Assembly: GCA_014905635.1 (NCBI GenBank)
Contig: JABVCE010000002.1
Span: 744,001 to 808,000 of the forward strand
Source: Scenedesmus sp. PABB004
Taxonomy: Eukaryota
Reading direction: 5' to 3'
Length of the DNA: 64,000 nucleotides
The position numbers were made by a program, and so were the translations under genes. Below the pieces are notes generated by a model. It had not been told where the DNA came from and ran no database searches. It worked only from the letters and a program-made list of their open reading frames with translations. This document shows positions 52,300 through 64,000 of the stretch, one piece after another (the first letter of the stretch is position 1; each line of letters opens with the position of its first letter).

Positions 52300-53540
52300 G
52301 ACGCGCCGGCAGCGACGGCAGCGGTGCCGGCAGCAGCGCCGCGCGCTGCTGCCGCCGCGGCGGGGCCCGTGCCGCGGGCGCTGTGCCTGGCCGCCGCGGC
52401 GGCGGTGCTGTCGCTGGCGGCGCCCCAGCTCGCGCACGCGGCGGCGGCGAGCGAGGGGTCGTCCCTGCTCTCGAGTGCGCGCCGCGGCCTGCGCGGCGCC
52501 CCCGGCCGGCCGCCCGCCCGCCCGCCGCGCGCCGGCGCCGCTCGCCGCGCTCACCGGCGCTCCCTGGCGCCGCAGCCGCGCTGTCGTTCGTGCTGCACCT
52601 GGACAAGCACCTCTCGGCAATGATCGCGGCGCACGGCACGGCCACGTACGCCATCCTCTGGGGCATCGTGTTCTGCGAGACCGGCCTCGTCCTCACGCCC
52701 TTCCTGCCCGGAGACTCGCTGCTCTTCGCGGCCGGCGCGTTTGCGGGTGCGCAGCCGCCCCGCCGGCGCCGCGCGCCGGGCCTCGCGCGCGCACGCGCCC
52801 GCGCGACGCCGCGCCGCGCCCGCGCCCGCGCGCAGGCATGGGGCAGCTGTCGCTGGGCGTGCTGTGCGCCGTGTTCCTCAGCTCCGCGGTGCTCGGCGAC
52901 GCGGTCAACTATGCGATCGGCAACAAGCTCGGTGCGCGCCGCGCCACACGGCGCCCCGCGCGCCTGCTCGCCCGCCGCCGTCACCCCCCCCCCCCCCCCA
53001 CGCACACGCACACACACACCCCGCGGCCGCGTGCAGGGCGCTGGGCGCTGGAGCGGCGGCTGCTCGACCCGGGGCACATCGCGCGCACGGAGGCGTTCTA
53101 CGCCAAGTACGGCGGCAAGACCGTCGTGCTCGCGCGCTTTGTGCCCATCGTGCGCACGTTTGCGCCGTTTGTCGCGGGCATCGGCAGCATGGCCTACGCG
53201 CGGTGCGCCCGCGGCGCGCGCGGCGCGGCGCGCGGGGCGCGGCGCGCGGCGCACGGCGCGCGGTGCTGGCGCTGTGCCGGCGGGGGCGTCGACGCCCGCC
53301 GCGCGGCCGCCGCGCAGGTTTGCCGCCTACAACGTCGGCGGCGCGGTGCTGTGGACGGCGCTGTTTGTGGGCGCGGGGTTCTTCTTCGGCAACATGCCCG
53401 TCGTGCAGCACAACTTCACGCTCGTCGTGCTCGGCATCGTGGCGGTGTCGGTGCTGCCCGTCGCGTGGGAGCTGTGGCAGGCGCGCCGCGAGGCCGCGGC
53501 CGGCGGCGGCGGCACCGCGCACGGCGGCAGCGCCGCGTGA
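52120..53540 (+). CDS. DedA/SNARE-associated family membrane protein
   Basis: [66 protein letters not shown]. Confidence 0.93.
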
Positions 53541-54416
53541 GCGCCGAGCGTGGAGAGCGTGAGCGTGGCGGCGGGGAGGGTAATCAATCGCTCGCTCGAG
53601 CGTTGGGTTTACCAAGCGCGCCGCATGGGCAGCGCCGCCGCCGCCGCCGCCCGCGAGGGCGGCACTGGGAGAGAGAGAGTCAAGGCAGACAGAGAGACAG
53701 CCGGGCCGCGCCGCGCGGTCCTTATTGTTTGTGCAAGCTGCTGTGTGAGGCAGAGAGGCTACGGGTTCGGTGCAACGTCTCTGTGCGCCCTGAGCTGAGC
53801 CCCTGCCCCCCTCCCCTGCCATGCCCTGCCCTGCCCACCAAGCCCTGCTGCTGCGCCGGGCGCAGACGGAACGCGACGCTTCTTCGTCGCCCGGCCGGCG
53901 TGCGGCCGGGCTGCGAGGGCCTGCCTGCCCTCGGGCCCGCAGTGCAACACTCTACGCGCCGCGCCGCCCGGCGCCGGCGGCGCCGGGCGTCCAAGTCCTC
54001 GTCCGACGAGGCCGCGGCCTCGCGCGCACACCACGTGGTGCCAAGCAGCTGCTGGTGCACTGTTTGGTCGCCTCCAACACTCATGGGATGCATGCGGGCC
54101 GCGCCCCTGCAGCTGCTGCGCGGGGGCCCGCCCCCACGCGCGCCGGCGCGCGCCGGCCGCCGCCGCGGCAGCCGCCGCGGCCGGCCGGGGGCATGGTACA
54201 AGCCTTGGGGGCCGAGCAACAATCAAGAGGATCGATGTACAGACAGACGGCGGGCCAGGGCGCCGGCCGCGGCCGGCGCGCAATCGCGTGCCGGCCGCGC
54301 GCAGCCGGGGCCGCGGGCGCGGCGGCCCGCCGCCCGGCGCTGGCGCTCCAGCGCCGGGGCGGCGGGCCGGCCTGTCTCGGTCGCGGGTGCGCGTGCGCGC
54401 GGGCGCGGTGTCGCGC

Positions 54417-56279
54417 TCACGCGGCCTTGGCGGCCTTGACCGGGTCGAAGCCCGCCGCCGCGGCGGCGGTGGCCGACACGACGTCGCGCGCGGTGGTCGT
54501 GACAAACCAGAGCACGCCCGACCCGGTCGCGGGCTCCTTGGCCACGTAGTGGCACAGGCACGTCTCCTGCCACAGCGCGAGCAGCACGTTGCGCTCGTCG
54601 CGGCTGTAGTAGCTCCCCAGGATGGGCTTGATCGCCTCCGTCGCCTCCTGCGCGGCGCAGCACGGCGCGGCGGCGCAGCGCGCGGCGCGCGGCGGCGCGG
54701 GGCGCTCGGTCCGCGCCCGCGCTGCGCTCGCTGCTGCGCGCCGCCGCCCGCGCAGTGCTCGCTCGCTGCACCCGCTGGGCGCGCGCGGCGCCGCGCGGCG
54801 CTGCTGGGCCGCACCTGCGCGTGGTACCAGGGGATCTGGCTGAACAGGTGGTGCGTGACGTGCGTGTCGGCGATGCGGTGGAACACGCGGTCCAGGAAGC
54901 CGTAGCTGCGCGTTGTGCGGCGCGGCGCGGGCGGCCGGGGCTCGGGGCTCGAGCGGGGCCCGCGGCGCGGGCGGCGCGCGCGGCCGGCCGCACCTGCGGT
55001 CGACGGTCGCGAGCGCGCCGCGCAGCCAGTCCCACTCCTCGTCCTCGTAGTGCGGGAGGTTGGGGTGCGTGTGCTGCAGGAAGGTGATCGTGACGAGCCA
55101 GAAGTTGACGACCGCGAGCGGCACCGCGTAGCTCTTGACCAGCCACGCCCAGCCGAGGCTCTGCGCGGCGGCGTACAGCCCCGCGGCCACGGCCGCGAGG
55201 CCGAGGTCGGACGCGACGATGCCGGGGCGCTCGCGGCGGGAGAAGATGGGGCTCGTCGGGTCAAAGTGGTTGGCCACGCGGCTGTACTCGCGGCCGCTCG
55301 TGTTGAACAGCAGGTACATGTACCAGCCGAGCGTGCTCTGGATCGCCAGGAAACCCGCCCGGTACCACGCGTACTTCTGCAGCGGGACCTCCGACTCGTC
55401 CCGGCTCGGCACAAACACCTGCCAGGGGCGGCGCGGCGCGGCGGCAGCAGGGTCGGCCCGCGGTGGCGGCGGCGCGGCGGGGGGGGTTGGCCCGCGGCGG
55501 CGGCAGCGGCGCTGCCCGCAGCGACGAGGGCGTGCGCTGCTGGCGCGGCGTGGCCGCGCGGCGCCGCCGGCGCCAGAAGCTGGCGCCGCGCTGCGCGCCG
55601 CCGCTGCTGCCCTGGCGGGCGTTACGCTGCCTGGGCGCGGCGGGGGCGCGTGGGGGGCCCGACGCGCCGCGCCCGGGCGGCGACGCACCTCGTCCTTGGC
55701 GACGCTGCCCGTGTTGCTGTGGTGCCGCCGATGGCTGTGCTTCCTGCGCCGAGCGGCCGCGGCGCGGCCCACCCTGAGCGCCCGGCGACGCGGGGGCGGG
55801 CCCCGGGGCGGCACGTGCAGCGGGCGCGGCTGCGGGGCGCCGGGCGGGCCGCGCGGGGGCGCAGCACATCGGGTGCCGCACCAGGAGTAGTAGGGCACCA
55901 GCAGCGCGCTGTGGAGCACGAAGCCCACCGCGTCGTTGACCCAGGCGCTGTCTGAGAAGGCTCCGTGCCCGCACTCGTGGGCGAGCACCCAGACGCCGGT
56001 GCAGACGGCGCCCTGCGCGAACCAGTAGGCGGGCCAGAGCAGCCAGGCCGCCCAGGCGGGCGCGTGGGAGTCGATGAAGGTGCTGGCGACGTAGAGCGCC
56101 GCCACGGCCGCCAGATCGAGCGCCAGGTGGCCCAGGCTGCGCGACAGGCTGCGCTCGAAGCAGTGCGCAGGGATGGCCTTGCGCAGCGTGCCGATGGTGA
56201 AGTCGGGCTTGGCCGTGGGAGGCCGGGGCGGCACGCCAGGCGGCGCGCGGGCGCCCTCCGCGGGCGCTGCGACGGCCAT
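54417..56279 (-). CDS. FAD2: ER delta-12 (omega-6) fatty acid desaturase
   Basis: KPDFTIGTLRKAIPAHCFERS, HECGH, HRRHH, ITFLQHTHP, HVTHH. Confidence 0.95.
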   Translation of the reverse strand: MAVAAPAEGARAPPGVPPRPPTAKPDFTIGTLRKAIPAHCFERSLSRSLGHLALDLAAVAALYVASTFIDSHAPAWAAWLLWPAYWFAQGAVCTGVWVLAHECGHGAFSDSAWVNDAVGFVLHSALLVPYYSWCGTRCAAPPRGPPGAPQPRPLHVPPRGPPPRRRALRVGRAAAARRRKHSHRRHHSNTGSVAKDEVRRRPGAARRAPHAPPPRPGSVTPARAAAAARSAAPASGAGGAARPRRASSARPRRCGQRRCRRRGPTPPAAPPPPRADPAAAAPRRPWQVFVPSRDESEVPLQKYAWYRAGFLAIQSTLGWYMYLLFNTSGREYSRVANHFDPTSPIFSRRERPGIVASDLGLAAVAAGLYAAAQSLGWAWLVKSYAVPLAVVNFWLVTITFLQHTHPNLPHYEDEEWDWLRGALATVDRRCGRPRAPPAPRAPLEPRAPAARAAPHNAQLRLPGPRVPPHRRHARHAPPVQPDPLVPRAGAAQQRRAAPRAPSGCSERALRGRRRAAASAARARTERPAPPRAARCAAAPCCAAQEATEAIKPILGSYYSRDERNVLLALWQETCLCHYVAKEPATGSGVLWFVTTTARDVVSATAAAAAGFDPVKAAKAA

Positions 56280-56645
56280 CGCGATCGCTGCGCGCGCTGG
56301 CGGGCGCTGGCGGGCGCGAGGCGGGCGCGGCGCGGCCGGGGGCGCGGAGGGCTGCAGCGCGCGGGCGCGCCGAGCTGTGGGGCGATTCAGCGCGCGCTCG
56401 GGAACCGCCGCAGGGCGTGCTCCCCGGCCTCGCTACCGCCGTGGGAGCGCCGGCCGGTGGTCTCAACACCGGCGGCTGGGGGGATGGGGGCTGCCGGGGC
56501 GCCCCGGGGGGGCGCCCCGACGCCGCGGGCGCGCGGCGCGCGTGCGCGGCGCTGCCACCGCCGCGCGCGCGCGCCGCCGCCGCCAACACCGACCATGGGC
56601 AGCCTATCAACGCCGGCCGCCTGAAACAGGCCACAGCGGCGTGAG

Positions 56646-56837
56646 GCATGACGGTTTGGGACCGGCCTGTCGGTCGGTGCCCCCGCGAGAGGGGGTCCCC
56701 CCCACCCGGAACGGGTGGCCATGCGAGAAACACACGCGTACACGCCTGACCTAATTTGGCAACACACAACACACAACAGCAAGAGGCCTTTTAACGTCCT
56801 GCCCAGGACGGAGAGCGCAGCGCACCGCACACGCCGC
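56646..56837 (-). ncRNA. candidate Fanzor omegaRNA / structured element end
   Basis: Four short hairpins plus a closing helix directly 3' of the Fanzor stop codon; function inferred from position. Confidence 0.4.
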
Positions 56838-58557
56838 TCACGCCGGGGGGCCCACCGCGGCGGCGGCCGCCTGCCGGAACGCGCCGGCGAGGCGCGCGCC
56901 GCCGGCCGTGCCTCGGCCGCCGGGCAGCAACTCGTGCAGGGTCAGCGCGCAGATGTTGCGCGCCGCGTTGTCGTCGCGCGGCGCGACGACCGTGCACCCG
57001 GGGCACTGCATCAGACCGTAAATGCCCCGCAGCTTCTCCATGCGCGACGCGCACACCGAGCAGGTGACGCTCGTGCGGTGCTCGTCCATGAGCACCGCGG
57101 CGACGCGCCGGCGCGCATAATAAGTGCGCAGCAGCGCCAGCAGCGCCTGCCGCGGCGGCCCCGGCCCCGAGATGCAGCCCCCCATGCCCAGGCTGGCGTC
57201 CCCGATGCCCAGCACCACCGCGGGCAGGTCGGCGGGCAGGCGCGCGTGCGGCCGGACGCGCCCGCGCACAAAGACCCGGCCGTATGCAGTCAACTGAATC
57301 ACGGCATGCAGCGCGCGCTGCTTCAGCCCGTGCTTCCGCAGCCGCCACGCGCACTCTGCACGGCACGCAAGCAAGCTATATGCGAATGCATTGTCCAACA
57401 CATGATGCACCCGGCCGTTGCGCCACGCGGCGGCGGCGGCGACGCTCGTGCCCGAGTAGGCAGGCACACGGTTCAGGCAGGCATGCACGCAGTCGCCGCC
57501 GCCGGGCGGGCGGCGGTCGTACCGCCCCGGCCGCCCCGGCCGCCCCCCCTGCCAAAGCCGGTGCCGCTCGATCCCGCGCGCGTCGCGGTGTGCGGCGGTC
57601 TTTATTCTTTTTATGCTCTCAGCCTCGGCCGCCGCTACGAGGCTGAGAGCATTATAAGAATAAAGACCGCCGCCCGCCGTGGTCGCCGCGGTGGCGCGGC
57701 GCGTTGGGGCAGCGCCGCTGCGCGATGCGGCGGTGCGCGACGCGCGTGCAGCCGGGGCCCTGCCGCCAAGTCGCGGCACAAACCATGCGGGCCCGGCCCG
57801 GGTCGATTCCGACGACGCGCACGCCCGCGTGCACGGCCGCGGCCGCGCCGCGCAGCGCGTGCCCCGGCGGCAGGCCCTCCACGCCGCGCAGCTCGCACGG
57901 GTCGAGCGGCAGCGCGTCGAGCGCCGCCTCGTCGGCCACGCCGTGCGGCGCCAGCGCGTCGCAGAGCAGCCGCCGCGCTGCCGCCGCGCCCGCGCGGTGC
58001 TCTGCCGCGCGCTGCGCCGCCTTGGCGGCGCGCGACTGCTGGCCGCGGCGCGGGGCGGGGTCGGCGGCGCCCTCAACGCGCACGCGCACGTGCAGCGCTC
58101 TTGCTCCGCCTGCTGCGCGATCGGGCGGGGCGCCGCGATCGGGCACTTTCTCTTTGAGTGCGGCGCGCCCGGCCGCCCTGCACGCCTCGTTGCGCTGCTT
58201 GCGGACCTCCGTGCCAGCGGCGGGGGCGCGCATGCTGGCGCGCTGGCTGCGCACCTGCGTGCGGCTGGTGTTGAGATGGCGGCTAGCGGCAGCCAGGAGC
58301 TGGAGGCTGGAGCTGGCGGCGGCGGCAGCGGCAGCGTCAGCGACCCCGGCGTCGTGGCTAGCGCGGCGGCCCCTCGGGCTGCTGACGCAGGCGCGGCGGT
58401 CAGCATCAGCGATAGCGGCGTCACGGCTGATACGGCGGCCCCTCGGGCTGATGATGTCAGCGCGGCGGTCAGCGTCAGCAGCGTCTCTGCTGGTGCGGCG
58501 GCCCCTCGGGCTGCCGTTACCGGCGCGGCGAGTCGGTGTGCAGCACTGGAGCAGGCG
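56838..58557 (-). mobile_element. Fanzor1/TnpB-family RNA-guided RuvC nuclease gene, interrupted by a palindrome and 5'-truncated
   Basis: RuvC-I VRVVGIDPGR; VVLGIGD; RuvC-II MDEHRTSVTCSVC; CPGC; RuvC-III RDDNAARNI. Confidence 0.88.
57592..57673. repeat. 82-bp AT-rich inverted repeat (36-bp arms, 2 mismatches, 10-nt loop)
   Basis: gcggcggtctttattctttttatgctctcagcctcg-gccgccgcta-cgaggctgagagcattataagaataaagaccgccgc. Confidence 0.95.
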
Positions 58558-58720
58558 TTATCTGCTTGGTGACCTGCTGCAGGATCAGCTTGCTGTTCAC
58601 TCTGTGGCAGATTATGTGATGGACATCTGGAAGATGCGGGACACCGTCCTTAAGGGGCGCGGGACCAATGGGCGCGAGCCTGTGGTGTAACTATCTTTAT
58701 CTTTATCTTTATCTTTTATC
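58535..58720 (+). mobile_element. 5'-truncated non-LTR retrotransposon 3' end with (TATCTT)n tail
   Basis: Lower-GC stretch encoding ..LLGDLLQDQLAVHSVADYVMDIWKMRDTVL..* ending in TGTAA, directly followed by ~5 TATCTT units. Confidence 0.55.
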
Positions 58721-59607
58721 TGTCGCGCGCGGAGCGTCTGCTCGCCGAGGCGCCGGGGCCCGGCGGCGGCGCCGGGGGCGGCGGGGCCGGCGCGCGGCGC
58801 GGCGGCGCCGTCGCGCCTGGCATGGTCGCGCTCTGGTGCGTGGTGGCGGTCGCTCTCGCCGCCGCGCTGGCCGGCGGCGCGCTGCTCGTGGCGCGCCGCG
58901 CGCGCGCGAGCCGCGAGCGGCGCTGGGCGGCCGAGACCGTGGCGTCCGGGCTGGCGTGATGGGCGGGCCGTATGCTTATGATAAATTCGGTGCATCACGG
59001 CAGCTACGGACGTAGCTTTGCCGCTGGCCCCGGGGGCCCGGAGGGCCGGCGACAGGTGCTGACACCGGGGCACGCGCCTTGAGTCTCCTGTACGTCCGGG
59101 TTGCTGGGTGTTCTGCGATGCCAACAAGCGGCTGGACAGCCGCGGCGAGGAGGCCTTTGAAGGCTCAGATGAAGCCTCGGGTGCGTTCACACGCGGCGAG
59201 CGCCGTCACTGTGGGTTTTGTCGGGCGCAAGGGCTTTGCGCGCACAACCGCACGGCGTGCCGCGGTGGGCTTGGGATTGCAGCTTCACATTGGCAATCAC
59301 AGTTTGCGCCGAGCTCTCGAGCCGCAGCGAGGCCGCGAGCACCTGCGGCGACGCTCAGCTCGGGCGGCAGCAGCACTCGCCCGCTGCCGTCGCTCCTGCT
59401 TCTGCAAGTTCCGATTGAGTCGCCAGGATGCTCGTGCGCACGGCCGCTGGCGCAGGGACAGGGGGCGGAGCGCTGAGGAGGCCGACCGCGCCGCGCGCCG
59501 CTGCTGCTGCTGCTGGCGCCCCCGGCAGCTGGCCCCGGAGTCGGGCGCTGCGCCCGGCGGTCCTTTCCGACGACGCCCCTCCCGCAGCACGGCCGGCCCA
59601 GCCCTGC
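58720..59607 (+). pseudogene. duplicated fragment: phosphatase 3' end, intergenic region and DedA 5' end
   Basis: Copy of 51412-52299. Confidence 0.9.
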
Positions 59608-59630
59608 CGCCCCGCGGCGCCCTGGCGCCG

Positions 59631-61863
<2,233 letters not shown>

Positions 61864-62123
61864 CGCCAGCGGGCGCTGGCCGCCGTGACTGGGGCCGTGT
61901 GCGCAACGGAACGCTTGCGTGGAGCTCTGCCAGCGCGATCCCGGACTGGGCGCGAACTGCGGGGCTGCGGCGGGGTGCGGCGGCGGCTGCGGCGCTAGTG
62001 ACGACTGTCGCTGCCGCTCGCTCCGTGCACTGCGCCGCAAGCAACCCGCCGCGAGCTGAGCAGCCCCACTTCCACCGCCGTCCTGCCACGTGGTTTGCGC
62101 CGCCGCTGCCCGCGCAGCGCCGG

Positions 62124-63114
62124 ATGCGCCTGGCAGCGGCAGCTGCGCCGTCGCTGCGCCGCGTGCTGCCGCGGGCCCGGGGCCGGGCCCTGTCCACGAG
62201 CTCGCCGCCCTCACCGTCAGCTGCCAGCGCGCCGGCCATGGCGGCGGCGGGTGCGCGCGGCGGCGGCACTGCGTTGGCAGCGGCGGCAGCACGGCAGCGT
62301 CGGCGCCTGCTGCGGGCGCCGCCGCCGGCCGACGCGCCCGCGCCGCGCCGCGCGCGCGCAGGCGCGCCGCTGGTGGTGGCCATTGACGGCCCCGCGGCGT
62401 CGGGCAAGGGCACGATCGCGAAGCGCCTCGCGTCGGAGTTTGGCCTGGCACACCTCGACACGGGCCTGCTCTATCGCGGCGTCGGCTGGGCCGCGCTCGA
62501 CCGCGGCGTCGACCTGGCCGACGAGCCCGCGCTCGCTGACATCGCGGCCGGCCTCGACCTGGCGACCCTCGCCGCCAACCCCGCGCTGCGCGGCGACGAC
62601 GCCGCGGCCGCGGCGAGCCGCGTCTCGGCGCTGCCCGCCGTGCGCGGCGCGCTGCTCACGGCGCAGCGGCGCTTCGCGGCGGAGCCACCCGGCGGCCTCC
62701 CGGGTGCGCGGCGGGCGCGGGCGCGGCTGCGACGGCGCTGCCGAGCGCCGGCTGAGCGCCGCCCGCGCGCGCCGCGCCACTTCCCGCGCCGCGCGGCGAG
62801 CCGCAGGAGCTGTGCTGGACGGCCGCGACGTGGGCACCGTGATCTGCCCCGACGCGCCGGTCAAGCTCTACGTGACCGCCGACGTCGGCGTGCGCGCATC
62901 GCGGCGCCTGGCGGAGCTGCACGGCCGCGGCGACGCGGGCGCGACCTACGACGCGGTCCTGGCCGATATGGTCGCGCGCGACGAGCGCGACATGGCGCGC
63001 GCGGCCGCGCCGCTGCGCCCCGCGGACGACGCGCTGTTGCTCGACACGACGGCGCTGAGCGCCGACGACGCCTACGCGCGCGCGCGCGCGGCGGTCGAGG
63101 CGGCGCGCGCGTAG
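62124..63114 (+). CDS. cmk: bacterial-type cytidylate kinase with N-terminal extension, one intron
   Basis: [61 protein letters not shown]. Confidence 0.9.
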
Positions 63115-63289
63115 CGCAGCGCGGCGCGGCGCGGCGCGGCGCGCGGGCTGTACAGCATGTGTGCCAGAGAGAGGGGGCTCGAACTGCACTGCACTGCGCT
63201 GCACTGCGCTGCGCTGCGTGTGTGGGGGGGGGGGGGGGGAGGGAGGCTGGCACCCACGAGTTACTCTGTCGCAGGAGGCCCGCGCCGCG

Positions 63290-64000
63290 TCACCAGCGCT
63301 CCTCGCTCTCCTTGAACATCTGCCGCGTCTTCGCTCGGATGTTGGTCTCAGCCGTGTTGAGCGGCAGCGTGACCGCGCTCAGCTCGTTCCAGCCCCCCTG
63401 CAGCCGCCGCCGCGCGCCGCCGTGCCGCCCGCCTTGGGCGCGCACCCCGGCGCCGCGCGGCGCGGGCGCGGGCGCGCGCCCACGCCCGGGCGCGGCCGCG
63501 CCAGCGACGCTGACCGGGCCGGCCGGCGGGGGCCGCAGCACGTCGGCGATGCCGTGCGCGACGCCGGCGCCGACAAAGATGTTGAGGACCACCACCGGCA
63601 CGCGCTGCGTGCCGGCCACCACCACCGCCTCGTCCGCGCCTTGCCTGGCGGCGCGCGCAGGCAGGCGGGCGGGCGGGCGGGCATCGGCGGCGCGCCGCGC
63701 GAGAGCGCTCGCGCAAGCATCCGTCCCCCCGGCGCCGCCGCCGCGCACCGGTCGACGTACACCACCGACAGATCCGCCCGCTCCAGCAGCGTCGCGACGC
63801 GTTTGCCGCTGGTGAAGCCGTCGGGGATGGCGTGCAGGCCGGGCAGCACGTGGAAGCGCAGCGTGCGCGACAGCGCCGGCGCCGACACGAGCGCCTCGGC
63901 GCGCGCCGGGCTGGCGGCCGCGATGGCCGCCCAGTCGAACCCCGCCGCCGCCCACGCGCGGTTGCCGGGCACGAGCAGCGTCGTCGGCTGCCGCGCGGAC
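63290..64000 (-). CDS. fasciclin (FAS1) domain protein, 5' part outside window
   Basis: H1 TLLVPGNRAW, LRFHVLPG, H2 NIFVGAGVAHGIADVLRP. Confidence 0.75.
   Translation of the reverse strand, partial: VRAAADDAARARQPRVGGGGVRLGGHRGRQPGARRGARVGAGAVAHAALPRAARPARHPRRLHQRQTRRDAAGAGGSVGGVRRPVRGGGAGGTDACASALARRAADARPPARLPARAARQGADEAVVVAGTQRVPVVVLNIFVGAGVAHGIADVLRPPPAGPVSVAGAAAPGRGRAPAPAPRGAGVRAQGGRHGGARRRLQGGWNELSAVTLPLNTAETNIRAKTRQMFKESEERW

Noticed and set aside
56750..56810. GCCTTTTAAC and AATTTGG as U5 loop 1 or an Sm site of an snRNA
   Set aside because: Does not match the U5 GCCTTTTAC loop and stem context, and the order of elements is wrong
58330..58530. Repeat-spacer-like pattern next to an RNA-guided nuclease as a CRISPR array
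   Set aside because: Only three units, and the intervening sequences resemble each other, so it is a degenerate tandem repeat
58691..58720. (TATCTT)n as an interstitial telomere repeat
   Set aside because: Not a TTTAGGG/TTAGGG-type motif; its position after an ORF stop fits a retroelement tail better

Overview
Extremely GC-rich, intron-rich eukaryotic nuclear DNA, most likely from a chlorophyte green alga (Sphaeropleales/Scenedesmaceae-like; inferred from short GC-rich introns, TGTAA poly(A) signals and a beta-carotene ketolase). About 27 densely packed multi-exon genes are recognisable: CASTOR/POLLUX-like channel, RMR RING ligase, GST, BKT, SET methyltransferase, WSC protein, LRR protein, Rieske RIP1, aldo-keto reductase, mTERF-like, AsnRS, MET1-like TPR, SDR, DOT1-like methyltransferase, ERO1, PAP2, ATL-like RING, histidine acid phosphatase, DedA, FAD2, xylulose/ribulose kinase, cytidylate kinase and fasciclin. 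Most long six-frame ORFs are GC artefacts. The highlight is a composite mobile locus at ~56.6-59.6 kb. It holds a Fanzor1/TnpB-like RNA-guided nuclease gene with an intact RuvC D-E-D triad and zinc finger, split by an 82-bp AT-rich palindrome whose exact removal restores the frame. A multi-hairpin candidate omegaRNA lies downstream of the gene, and upstream it is cut by a LINE-like 3' end with a (TATCTT)n tail joined to an 888-bp copy of nearby host sequence. Also notable are a 3.45-kb tandem duplication of BKT+SET and a very high frequency of GC-AG introns. Exon boundaries and all protein assignments are by eye, with no database searches.
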